A stretch of DNA of 64,000 nt. Source: Squalus acanthias (Eukaryota). Under the pieces are notes generated by a model. That model had not been told where the DNA came from. It ran no database searches and saw only the letters and a list, made by a program, of their open reading frames with translations. The stretch's first letter is position 1; each line of letters opens with the position of its first letter. The translations under genes and the position numbers were made by a program. Of the stretch, positions 23,117 to 35,359 are shown piece by piece. The DNA is taken from positions 149,050,001-149,114,000 of the forward strand of contig CM059432.1 of NCBI GenBank assembly GCA_030390025.1, read 5' to 3'.

Positions 23117-26100
23117 GTCATAACAAGATGCTCTTTGGGCAATGCTTGCATTGTATACTAATTGGGTGGGTGATGGCACGGGAGTTTTATATGGTCAATA
23201 TCAATTTTTAATCTTATCAGTACCTGAAAAGGAAATTGTCCCTTTTAGTTCTTCTCAATGTTTTGGAACATACCTGCCCTGACAAACCCATCAGTGTGTG
23301 AGGATGCCTGCATTTGAAGAAGGAAAAAGACCTTATCACCAGGTAATCTTTCCTTTTATAAAGGATCAGTATATGTACAAATGAGAGATACCAAACACAA
23401 AAATTGAGTTGCTACAGAACGAGAGGCAAAACAGAAAATCACACCCAGTCAGGAAGCAGAAGAGCAGTCAGTTGAGCAGGAAATCACATAAACATACAAT
23501 AGAGGGAGAAAGGGCATATATATAAGAACAGTTAAATTCAGATGTCCAAGGGGTCAGCAGTGCCAAGTCTAAAGTTCTGGATTTATTTGCTGGGGTGGGA
23601 GGGGGAAGAGGTTAATGAGTGGGAAGTGAGGATTATCAGGAGGGAACAGACCACCACGAGTCCATGTAGTCTCCATGGACCTCTTCCCTAGGGTGCAAAG
23701 ATAAACAAAGATAGTCATCGTTATCAGTACATAAAGCAGTCGAGCTGAGTTGCTCTCCCAGGATAACAAAATCACCTTCCCGACCACAGCCAAGCAGAGT
23801 ATTCAAGATTTATTGCTGCTGTATTTTTAGCCAGTACTGCGTTTTCTTGGGTTGACATTTTGTGATTTATGTACAGAGCTGAAAATGAACCGTTTCATAA
23901 CTGTCCTACAATTGATGTCAGCCCAGCAGCTCCCTGTTGAAAAAAAAGAGTTCTGAAATTATGGGTCTCTGTGGTGAACAAAAAGATATTAAACCTAAAA
24001 ATATCTCCGAAGAGATAGGATTTTTTTTTAATGCAATTACATAGACCTTGAAAGCACTCTCGCCTTCCCTTTCCTTTCTTCAGACAGTACCAACTATATC
24101 TGGGTCAAAGGAAAAGAGTGTGCGAAATCAGTGCTGAAACAATGATGAGTCCGTGCCGACTGTCTGTAGAGCAATCCAGTCAGTCCCATTCCCCCCGCTC
24201 TATCCCCGTAGCCCTGCGAGTTTATTTCCCTCAAGTGCCTATCCAGTCTCCCCTAGAAAACATTGAGTGTCTCCACTTCCACCACTTCCGTCAGCAGCGA
24301 GTTCCAGGTCCTCACCACTCGCTGCTTAAAAAAGTTTTCCTCACAACCCCCTGTATCTCTTGCCCAAAACCTTAAATTTGTGTCCCCTAGTCCTTGTACC
24401 ATCAACTAGTGGGAACAGCCTTTCCCCGTCTAGCCTATCCAAACCCATCATAATCTTGTACACCTCTATCAAATCACCTCTCAACCTCCTTTGCTCTAAT
24501 AAAAACAAATCCAGCTTCTCCAACCTGTCCTTGTAGCTAAGATCCCCCATCCCCGGAACCATTCTGGTAAATCTCCTCTGCACCCTCTCAAGTGCCTTCA
24601 CATCCTTCCTAAAGTATGGTGACCAGAATTGGACGCAATACTCCAGTTGTGGCCTAACCAGCGCTTTATAAAGGTTTAGCATAACTTCTCTACTTTTGTA
24701 CTCAATACCTCTAATTATGAAGCCCAAGATCTCATATGCTTCGCTAACCACTCTCTCAATATGTCCCGCCACCTTCAGGGACCGATGCACATTAACTCCC
24801 AGGTCCCTCTGTCCCTGCACACTCTTTAAAACTGTGCCATTAAGTGTATATTGCCTCTCCCTGTTCCTTCTGCCAAAATGCATCATCTCACACTTCTCTG
24901 TATTAAATTCCATCTGCCACTTGTCTGCCCATTCTGCTAGCCTTTCTATGTCCTGTTGCAGTCGATTGGTATCATCCTCACTGTTTGCCACACCCCCAAG
25001 TTTAGTGTCATCGGCAAATTTAGAAATTCAACTCTGTATTCCAATATCCAGGTCATTTATATATATCAAAAAATGCAGTGGCCCCAGCACTGACCCTTGG
25101 GGAACACCACTGTCTACCATCCTCCAGTTAAAAAACAGCCATTTACCACAGCTCGCTGTTTTCTGTCCTTAAGCCAATTCCTTATCCAGGCTGCCACTGA
25201 CCCACCTATTCCATGAGCCTCAATTTTGTTAACCAGCCTTCTATGTGGTACTTTGTCAAACGCCTTCCAAAAATCCATGTAGACAACATCCATTGAATTC
25301 CCTTCATCGATCCTCCCTGTTACTTCATCAAAAAATTCAATTAGATTAGTCAAACACGATCTTCCTTTTACAAACCCGTGTTGGCTCTCCTTAATTAGCT
25401 TAAACCTCTCCAAGTGCCCGTTAATTTTTTCCTTGATTATTGTTTCCAAAACTTTACCCACCACTGATGTTAAACTGTAGTTACTAGGATTGCCCTTACA
25501 CCCTTTCTTGAACAATGGTGTCACATTTGCCACTTTCCAATCCTCAGGCACCTCCCCTGCATCTAGGGAAGATTGGAAAATTATGGCAAGCCCTTCTGCT
25601 ATCTCCTCCCCCAATTCCCTTAGCAACCTGGGATGCAAGCCATCTGGACCAGGTAACTTATCCACTCTAAGCATACCCAGTCTTTCTAGTACACCCTGTC
25701 TATCATTTTTCACCCCTTCCATTGCTTCTACCTTTTCCAATTCTACCAATATTTTGTCAGCATCCACCTCCTTAGTAAACACCGATAAAAAGTACTCATT
25801 GAGTATTCTAGCCCCACCCTGCACCTCTAAGCATATATCACCTTCTTTGTCCCTAATAGGCCCCACCCCGCCTCTTACTACCCGCTTACTGTTTACATGC
25901 CGGTAGAAGATTTTTGGGTTCCCTTTAATATTAACCGCCATTCTACTCTCATATTCTCTCTTTGCCAATCTTATTTTCATCTTCACTTCCCCTCTCAACT
26001 TATTGTATTTGGTCTGGTTCTCCCTTGAAGAATTCACCTGACATTCATCATACACCCTCTTTTTTTGTTTCATCATCTTCTCAATCTCCCTCATCATCCA

Positions 26101-26767
26101 AGGAGCCCTTGCTTTGGTTCCCGTACCCTTCCCTCTTGTTGGAATGTACCTAGCCTGTACTTGGAACATCTCCTCTTAAAGATCACCCATTGTTCTGTTA
26201 CAGTTTTTCCTGTCAGTCTTTGGTTCCATTTTACCCTGGCTAGATCCTTTCGCATCCCATTGAAGTTAGCCCTATTCCAGTTTAGAAGTTCCACTCTCGA
26301 TTGTTCCTTGCTCCTCTCCATTGCTAATCTAAATCTTATGATACGATGATCACTCGTACCCAAGTGTTCTCCCACAGACACTTAGTCGACCTGGCCCACC
26401 TCATTCCCCAGCAACAGATCCAGCAATGCCTCCTTCCTTATTGGGCCAAGAACATACTGGTAAGGAAATTCTCCTGAACACATTTCAGAAATTCCTTCCC
26501 CTCCTTTCCCTTTACCCTAGCATTATCCCAATCGATATTTGGGTAATTAAAGTCCCCCAATATCACCACTCTATAGCTCTTGCATGTCTCTGCGATTACC
26601 CTGCAGATTTGCTCCTCTACCTCCCTCTCACTATTTGGAGGCCTGTAGAATACCCCCAATAGCGTGATCATACCCTTTTTGCTCCTCAACTCTAACCAAA
26701 TGGATTCTGTCCTTGCCCCCTCAAGAACATCCTTCCTTTCCAACACTACAATGTCTTCCATAATCAG

Positions 26768-26927
26768 GATGCGGAGATGCCGGTGTTGGACTGGGGTGGA
26801 CAAAAATGAGAAGTCGCACAACACCAGGTTATAGTCCAACAGTTTTATTTAAAATTACGAGCTTTCGGAGCTCCGCTCCTTCTTCAGGTAAAGGTACAGT
26901 GAGGGAATCTATTACACAGTATCACCT
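26768..26927 (-). mobile_element. Short Penelope-like insertion in CR1 ORF2
   Basis: Flanked by duplicated TAATCAG (26761-26767 and 26928-26934). Carries CAACACCAGGTTATAGTCCAAC and a hammerhead. Confidence 0.75.
26855..26891 (-). ncRNA. Minimal type I hammerhead ribozyme motif, intact core
   Basis: Minus strand TTAC-CTGAAGA-A-GGAGC GGA GCTCC-GAA-AGCT-C-GTAA: stem I TTAC/GTAA, stem II GGAGC/GCTCC, palindromic AGCT helix III, CUC cleavage triplet. Confidence 0.8.
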
Positions 26928-28825
26928 TAATCAGCACTGCCACCCCACCTCCCTTTTTTCCTTCCCTATCTTTTCTGAACACCTTGTACCCTTGAATATT
27001 AAGTGCCCAGTCCTCACCGTTTTTAAGCCACGTTTCCGTTATTGCCACAACATCATATTGCCACATGTCTAATTGTGCTTGTAGCTCACCAACTTTATTC
27101 ACCACACTTTGTGCGTTTACGTACATGCATTCTAAACCCATTTTTGAATTTTTCGTAGTCTTTCTTAGTCTGCTCCTATCTAATATGGTACTACTTCTGC
27201 CTCCAGCACTACCTTCCCCTCCAGTACCATCCAACACACTCACTCTTCCATGCACCCCATTCCTCCCCTCCACTCCTACATACTGGTGTCCATCCCCCTG
27301 CCAAGCTAGTTTAAACCCTCCCCAGCAGCACTAGCAAACCTCCCCACGAGAATATTGGTCCCGGCTCTGTTGAGGTATAACCCAGAAACAGTCCCAATGC
27401 CTCAGCAATCTAAAGCCCTCCCTCCTTCACCATCTCTCCAGCCACGCATTCATCTGTTCTTTCCTCCTATTCCTATACTCACTAGCACGTGGCACCGGGA
27501 GTAATCTGGAGATTACTACCTTTGAGGTCCTGCTTTTTAATCTCTTTCCTAGCTCCCTATAGTTTGGCTGCAGGACCTCATCCCTCTTTCTGCCTATGTC
27601 GTTGGTACCAATATGGACAACGACCTCTGGCTGTTCACCCTCCCCCCTCAGAATGTCCTGCAGCCGCTCAGTGATATCCTTGACCCTGGCACCAGGGAGG
27701 CCACATACCATCCTGGAGTCAAGTCTGCGTCCACAGAAACGCCTGTCTGTTCCCCTAACCAATGAATCCACTATCACTATTGCTCTTCCACTCTTCTTCC
27801 TCCCCCCCCGTGCAGCTGAGCCACCTGTGGTGCCATGGCCTTGGCTCTGGCTGCTCTCCCCAGAGGAACCATCACCCCCACCAGTTTCCAGAACTGTGAA
27901 CCGTTAGCGAGCGAGATGCACTCTGTGGATTCCTGCCCTACCTGCCTGGTCCTCCTTCTCTGTCTGATGGTCACCCATTCCCTCTCTGCCTGCACATTCT
28001 GAGGCTGCGGGGTGACCACTTCTAGAAACGTTCTTTCCAAGTATTTCTCAGCCTCGCGGATGCACTGTAGTGACTCCAGCTGCCGCTCAAGCTCCGAAAC
28101 CCGGAGCTCGAGTTGCTGCAGTTGGCGACACATCCTGCACATGTGGTCGTCCAGGCCGCAAGAAGCATCCAGGATATCCCACATGGCACAGGATGTGCAA
28201 ATCACGGGACTGAGCTGCCCTGCCATGCCTCTATTTACCAGACTATGGAGGTAATTTAGCCGAAATAAACTTAACAAGAAACACTCAACAGCTACCCACC
28301 AATCAGCACTTCCCTCTATTAGATAGGCTATTATCTACTTAGCAGAAATATACGAAAACAGAACAAAATAAAAACTTACCACAAATACTCACCCAATACT
28401 CACCTCTCAGCTCCCTTGTGCCAGCGACACCTTTGAATTCTGACGTCACTCCTTTGTTGTGTCGCTTGCCGACTGTCTCCCTCGCAGGTAGTCTGCTCAC
28501 TCAGATTCGTTACACTCAAACAGTTACAATTTCAGGTTTTTATTCAAATGTTTTCTCTCAATCGTTTAATAGCGAGTCCCACTATAGACCTTGTCCCCAT
28601 TAATCCAAAAACTGTAACGTTCTGATAATCTGTCTTTAGCAAAGATGCATAACCATGACAATTAGCAATTACCCTACTTGCAGTAATCTGCTTATTGGAT
28701 TGAATATCATCACACTATACGCCACCACTTTTCAAATTGGAGAGCATTAAATACAACCCTGAGCTTTTACAGCTTAAAGAAAGTGATAAATTTATTGAAA
28801 ATTAAAACGTGACAAGAGGCTACAA

Positions 28826-31800
28826 TTTTTTTTTAATTTGTTTTTTATGGGATCTGGGCGTCACTGGCAAGGCCAGCATTTATTGCCCATCCCTAGTTGC
28901 CCCTTGAGAAGGTGGTGGTGAGCCGCCTTCTTGAACCGCTGCAGTCTGTGTGGTGAAGGTACTCCCACAGTGCTGTTAAGCAGGGAGTTCCAGGATTTTG
29001 ACCCAGCGACGATGAAGAAACGACTGATATACTTCTAAGTCAGGATGGTGTGTGACTTGGAGGGGAACTTAGAGGTGGTGGTGTTCCCATGCGCCTGCTG
29101 CCCTTGTCCTTCTAGGTGGAAGAGGTCGCGGGTTTGGGAGGTGCTGCCGAAAAAGCCTTGGCGAGTTGCTGCAGTGCATCTTGTAGATGGCACACACTGC
29201 AGACACGGTGCGCCGGTGGTGGAGGGAGTGAATGTTTAAGGTGGTGGATGGGGTGCCAATCAAGCGGGCTGCTTTGTCCTGGATGGTGTCGAGCTTCTTG
29301 AGTGTTGTTGGAACTGCACTCATCCAGGCAAGTGCAAGTATTCCATCACACTCCTTACTTGTGCCTTGTAGATGGTGGAAAGGCTTTGGGGAATCAGGAG
29401 GTGAGAAACTCGTGCAGAATACCTAGCCTCTGACCTGCTCTTGTTGCCACAGTATTTATGTGGCTGGTCCAGTTAAGTTTCTGGTTAATGGTGACCCCCA
29501 GGATGTTGATAGTGGGGGATTCGACGATGGTAATGCCGTTCAATGTCAAGGGGAAGTTGTTAGACTCTCGCTTGTTGGAGATAGTCATTGCCTGGCGCGA
29601 ATGTTACCTGCCACTTTTCAGCCCAAGCCTGAATGTTGTCCAGGTCTTGTTGCATGCGGGCATGGACTGCTTCATTATCTGAGGAGTTGTGAATGGCGCT
29701 GAACACTGTGCAGTCATTAGCGAACATCCCCATTTCTGACCTTATGTTGGAGGGAAGATCATTGATGAAGCAGCTGAAGATGATTGGGCCTAGGACACTG
29801 CCCTGAGGAACTCCTGCAGCTGTGATGATTGACCTTCAACCACCACAACCATCTTCCTTTGTGTTAGGTATGACTCCAGCCAGTGGAGCATTTTCCCCGA
29901 TTCCCATTTTACTCGGGCTCCTTGATGCCAGACTCGGTCAAATGCTGCCTTGATGTCAAGGGCAGTCACTCTCACCTCTGGAATTCAGCTCCTTTGTCCA
30001 TGTTTGGACCAATGCTGTAATGAGCCGAGTGGTCTTGGCGGAACCCAAACTGGGCATTAGTGAGCAGGTTATTGGTGAGTAAGTGCCACTTGATAGCACT
30101 GTCGATGACACCTTCCATCTGCTTGAGAGTAGACTGATGGGGCGGTAATTGGCCGGGTTGGATTTGTCTTGTGTTTTGTGGACAGGACATACCTGGGCAG
30201 TTTTCCACATTGTCGGATAGATGCCGGTGTTGTAGCTGTACTGGAACAGCTTGGCTAGAGGCACGGCTAGTTCTGGAGCACAAGTCTTCAGCACGATAGC
30301 CGGGATGTTGTCAGGGCCCATAGCCTTTGCTGTATCCAGTGCGCTTAGCCGTTTCTTGATATCACGTGGAGTGAATCGAATTGGCTGAAGACTGGCTTCT
30401 GTGATGGTGGGGACCTCAGGAGTAGGCCGATATGGATCATCCACTCGGCACTTCTGGCTGAAGTTGGTTGCAAACGCTTCAGCCTTGTCTTTTGCACTCA
30501 CGTGCTGGGCTCCACCATCATTGAGGATGAGGATATTCTTGGAGCCTCCTCCTCCCCCTGTTAGTTGTTTAATGGTCCACCACCATTCACGACTGCAGAG
30601 CTTTGATTTGATCCATTGATTGTGGGATCGCTTAGCCCTGTCTATAGCATGCTGCTTAACATGCATGGAGTCCTGTGTTGCAGCTTCCCAACTCATTTTT
30701 AGGTACACCTGGTGCTGCTCCTGTACACTCGTTGTTGAACCAGGGTTGGTCCCCTGGCTTGGTGGTAATTGTAGAGTGAGGGATATGCTGGGCCATGAGG
30801 TTACAGATTATGGTGGAATAAAATTCTGCTGCAGCCGCCCCACAGCGCCTCATGGATGCCCAGTTTTGAGCTGCTAGATCTCTTCTGAATCTATCCCATT
30901 TAGCACAGTGGTAGTGCCACACAATGGAGGGTGTTCTCAGTGTGAAGACAGGACTTCGTCTCCACAATGATTGCACGGTGGTCACTACTGCCATGGACAG
31001 ATGCATCTGCGACAGGTAGATTGGTGAGGACGAGGTCAAGTAGGTTTTTCCCTCGTGTTGGTTCACTCACCACCTGTCGCAGGCCCAGACTGGCAGATAT
31101 GTCCTTCAGGACTCGGCCAGCTTGGTCAGTAGTGGTGCTACCGAGCCACTCTTGGTGATGGACATTGAAGTCCCCCCACCCAGAGTACATTCTGTGCTCT
31201 TGTTACTCTCAGTGCTTTGTCCAAGTGGTGTTCAACATGGAGGAGTACTGATTCATCAGCTGAGGGAGGGCGGTAGGTGGTAATCAGCAGGAGGTTTCCT
31301 TGCCCATGTTTGACCTGAGGCCATGAGACTTCATGGGGTCCGGAGACAATGTTGAGGACTCCCAGGGCACTCCTTCCTGACTGTATACCACAGTGCCACC
31401 AGGTGTATACTGTCCTGCCGGTGGATGGAGGAGTTTGGGACATTGGCTGAAAGGTATGATTCTGCGAGTATGACTGTGTCAGGTTATTGCTTGACTTGTC
31501 TGTGGGACAGCTCTCCCAATTTTGGCACAAGTCCCCAGATGTTGGTGAGGAGGACTTTGCAGGGTTGACTGGGCTGGGTGTGCCGTTGTCGGATCCGTAG
31601 CCGGTGCCAAGGTGGTCTGTCCGGTTTCATTCTTATTATTTTGTTTTGTAGCGGTTAGTTACAATTGAGTGACTTGCTCGGCCATTTCAAAGGGCAGTTA
31701 AGAGTCAACCACCTTGCCGTGGGTCTAGAGTCACATATAGACCAGACCAGGTAAAGACGGCAGATTTTCTCCTACCAGATGGGTTTTTACAACAATCCGA

Positions 31801-31970
31801 TCGTTTCTTGGTCACCATTACTGATACTAGCTTTTTATTCCAGATTTATTTAACTAACTGAATTTAAATTCCCCAGCTGCCGCGGTGGGATTTGAACTCA
31901 CGTCTCTGGATCACGAGTCCAGGCCTCTGGATTACTAGCCCAGTGACATTACCACTACGCTACCATTCCC
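28826..31970 (-). mobile_element. Full-length single-ORF APE-RT LINE (CR1/Jockey group, clade uncertain) with a tRNA-SINE-like 5' UTR
   Basis: ATG at 31630 is in frame with the APE start (KVLLTNIWGL). Later motifs TTYRPPSAD, GDFNVHH, SDH, KAMGPDNIP, NYRPISLLS, QFGFRQ, LDIKAAFDRVWHQG. Shared tail and A-rich end at 28826. Many frameshifts. Confidence 0.88.
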
Positions 31971-32169
31971 TTAATCTACATGGACATATGAGAAATGGGT
32001 TTATTATCCTGAATGAAAATGACTTCTTAAGAAATCTGACAGTTTCCGCTGGTTCACTAAAGTCCTGGACCCTGAAAATAATGTGGAGACGGGAACAGAG
32101 CAGGGGCGGGGAGGGGGGCGGGGGAGGGGGAGGGGGGCGGGGGGCGGGTGGTGGCAGAGAACAACCACA

Positions 32170-33711
32170 AAGTTGAAGGATGAGAGGGAGAAGAGGAAAG
32201 ATTTTCAGACGCATCTCTGGATGTGCTGCTGGGGGCAGCAAGGAGCAGCAGCGGGTGCTGTTCCCAGCCAGTGGGAAAAAGAAGCCTGCTGCCATGACTA
32301 AGAATTACTACCTGGAGGTGGCAGAGGAGGTCAGCAGCAGGAGTGTGACCCAGAGATCATGGATTCAGTGCCACAAGCGATTCAATGACCTGACTAGGTC
32401 AGGAAACGTGAGCATATGGCTATATTCACCCAGATCCTGTATGACACCCCCTCTCACTTAGTCTTGTCCTTTCTAGTCCATTCATACCACTCTTCACCCG
32501 CACATCACTCACATCACAATCAATGCACCTCCTGTCACCCTCACCACCTGTTTCCTCATTTCAACACTACCAGTGACTACCATCTTCATCTCATCTTGTA
32601 CGACCTCAGTCATCTCCAACCACTCTCATCACACATCCTGAAATGGCAACGTCAGCACAATCCTCAAAGACATGGCATTCACATTCCTTATGCATGTGCC
32701 TGATTCTGACCTTCACCGTTTGCACTGCATCCATCCAGATACATTTCTCAGAGCCAGTCATAGGTATGTCATGCCACCTTTGCAGGAGAAGAGAGCACAA
32801 AACGCCAAGGAGACAGTGAGGTCTGGTGGAGACCGCAAGAGATTGTTGAGATTTCACCAGGGGAGGAGGAGGTACTACAGATCAGCCGGATCTCAAGCTC
32901 CCTGAGTGAGGCTGCCGGTCCAACAGAGAAGGGTGAGAACATTAATCTTTCATACCCGCATCTCCCACAAAGCAACTTCACCTTCAGTAGACCTCAGAAC
33001 ATTGACAACACTGATGAAGTGTTTCATGTGCAGATCAACATTCTCAAAGTGCCATCACTTAATATTTGCTTCTCTCCTCACATGAAGATCAAGAGCGGAG
33101 GGCGCTGTCCTCTCCAAGCGCTGCTGATCAGGACAGGGATGCAGGGGCCAGCACTGAAAAGGAGAATGCTGGAGGCACAGCAGCAACTGTTTGGGGTATT
33201 GGCAGGCCTGCCGGGCTCACTGTCCACAGTGGCAGAGAGGAATTTGAACACGTGGGGTGATGTCGTGGAACTTATTTTACATCTGCAATCTACCATGGAG
33301 CGTGCGGCAATTGTAGCCGGCTGCACACGAGCCAATGCTGACAGCCGTTGTGTCCTGCATGCAGGCTCAGCCGGCGGCTCTGCAGACTCCGGGCGCAAGC
33401 GTCTCTGCAAGATCGTAAACAGACTAGATCGGGGCTTCCAAGGCGTCACTGATTTCTTCCACTCTGCTCTCCTGCAGACAGGTAGGACTGATGTGCTGCT
33501 GCCCCAAGGAGAGGGAGGATGGCGGAACAGGCGAGGCAAGTGCAGATGTTTCTCAGAACATCTGCACATCTCATCCATTGCCGCAGCTCGACCCATACCC
33601 GACATGGTGCTTCCACTCCAGCTGGCCCACACTGTCCCTGCACAAGTCCAGTCAATGGCAGGGCCCTCATAGGCTCCAAGCCCCAGAACTCGTCGGCCAA
33701 GAACAACTCAT
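32170..33711 (+). pseudogene. Harbinger Myb/SANT-like gene remnant
   Basis: VLFPASGKKKPAAMTKNYYLEVAEEVSSRSVTQRSWIQCHKRFNDLTRSG, followed by a GTGAG donor and a TTTGCAG|GAGAAGAGAGCACA exon 2. Confidence 0.75.
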
Positions 33712-34484
33712 TGTAAGTGATAGCTGTTAGACTCAAAGATGGGGTTTTAATTCTTAGAACAGAGACTGACAACATGCAGCCGGGAACAGATGGCAGAAAT
33801 GCCAGCAAGGTCGAATAATAAGCACCAAATGACAAAGTGATAAGGGAATCGTAAAATGCAAAACAACACAGGTTGGTGGGATAATAGACAAAATGGAGCT
33901 GAAAAGTCATAAAATGTCCTTAAAGAAACATAACAAAACATTCCTCAGAAAGATAAGAGGGAGGCTCGTCAGCCATGTCGGAAGGGACAGCGAGGGATGC
34001 CTTCCCACTTCACAATTGGACAATAGGATGGGGAACAAATGATTAACACCAGGTGATTACCAGCCCACCGAAATAACTCTAAATATAGACGACCGAGAGA
34101 GGAAATCAGGAAGTTAGGGGCGAAGGCTTCCCCGAGGTGGCTACGGCCCAACACCTTGGTCAAGTTTAGCCTCTGAGGTGGCTGACGGCCTAACACCTCC
34201 AACAGCTCGAGGAATGACCCAACGGAAGTGACCGCTACTGCAGACTGCAGGAATCCACCCAATCGAGACCACCGTACTGCCTCCTCGTCCGTCCGGTTGT
34301 TTCGTTCTGTTCCAGGGCCATAGATCGCCCTCATCTGTCATGGGTTGTATGTCTACTGTATCTATTTCAATCGCATGTAGTAATATCTGATTATACTTTA
34401 AACTGTAGCACTTTAATAAAAAGCCTTACAACTCCTGAGACCCTTTGGGTAATCTGTGTGTGACCTGTGATCCTAAATCTTACA
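33712..34484 (+). mobile_element. Solo LTR (773 bp)
   Basis: Inverted termini TGTAAG...CTTACA, 4-bp TSD TCAT (33708-33711 and 34485-34488), TATA-like TAAATATA ~34080, AATAAA 34415-34420. Confidence 0.85.
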
Positions 34485-34894
34485 TCATGAAACTGAGAAA
34501 GGTGAGCAGCAGCCTTCCAGCATCTCTGCTGAAGCCACAGGAGCAGCGCTACATAGAAGTGGTAGGCATAGAAAGAATACATAGATCATAGCGGGTTAGC
34601 ACGGGTGTCACATTTTTTTCTCTTAATCCAATTAATTTGTTCACTATATTAAAAATTAGTTACTCACACCATTCCAGTCTGTCCCATTACTGACTATAGA
34701 CTTCCCAGTCAGGTTTTAATTTAATGGGTGTGGAAGGTGGAGGGATGATTTGAATCTCAGATGTTGGGGGATGTTGGACCAATGCATTGCGGGTCACATG
34801 ACTGTTTGTGCATGGTTGGTGGAGCACAATGGTGAAGTTGACATTGTTCTAATTGAACTTGATTAAAGCATCCCTTGCATCATTGGCAGTGGAT

Positions 34895-35335
34895 ACAGCG
34901 GATGCTGGAAATCTGAAATAAAAACAGAAAATGCTGGAAATGCTCAGCAGGTCAGGCAGCATCTGTGGAGAGAGAAACAGAGTTAATGTTTCAGGTCGAT
35001 GACCCTTCGTCAGAACTGGAAAAAGCTGGAGATGGAACAGGTTTTTAAGCAAGTGTAGGGGCAGGGAAAGGGAGGAGGGGAGGAAAAAACAAAAGGGGAG
35101 GTCTGTGATAGGATGGAAGGCAGGAGAGATAAAGAGATAAAGGGGATGATGGTGCAAGGCAAAAGGAGATGGTAATGGGACAAGTTAAGAAACAAAAGAT
35201 GACTCTGGATGAAGTGTAAATGGCACTGGCTGAATGATCAACAGTTGCCATTTGAGAGAGATCTGCAACTTTTTCCAGTTTTGAGGAAGGGTCATCGACC
35301 TGAAACATTAACTCTGTTTCTCTCTCTCTCTCTGC
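34895..35335. mobile_element. Penelope-like terminal repeat with an inverted partial copy
   Basis: 34975-35030 is repeated in inverted orientation at ~35262-35330. Degenerate hammerheads at 34981-35017 (-) and 35277-35313 (+). Confidence 0.75.
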
Positions 35336-35359
35336 AGATGCAAGTCTTTCTTTCCCAGC

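Larger units (their letters stand above)
24150..28450 (-). mobile_element. Near full-length CR1 LINE (ORF1 zinc finger/coiled coil/esterase, ORF2 APE-RT), disrupted
   Basis: ORF1 MAGQLSPVICTSCAMW..C..CRQLQQLELRVSELE and IVDSLVRGTDRRFCG..LPGARVKD..VVVHIGTND. ORF2 CMYVNAQS..AITETW, GVFYRPPN, GDFNYP, SDH, PGPDGLHPR, QHGFVKGRSCLTNL, YMDFWKAFDKVPH. Confidence 0.95.

Noticed and set aside
23290..23342. Possible exon ending CAG|GTAATC, and other exon-like stretches at 18.3-20.0 and 21.7-22.4 kb
   Set aside because: No recognisable protein, no consistent acceptor or frame. Cannot be supported without a homology search.
31880..31970. tRNA gene
   Set aside because: A/B boxes are present but there is no closed cloverleaf or terminator. 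It continues into SINE/LINE sequence.
32180..32461. Host NAIF1/MSANTD gene
   Set aside because: Frameshifted at the 5' end, resembles the other Harbinger Myb remnants, and is truncated by an LTR.
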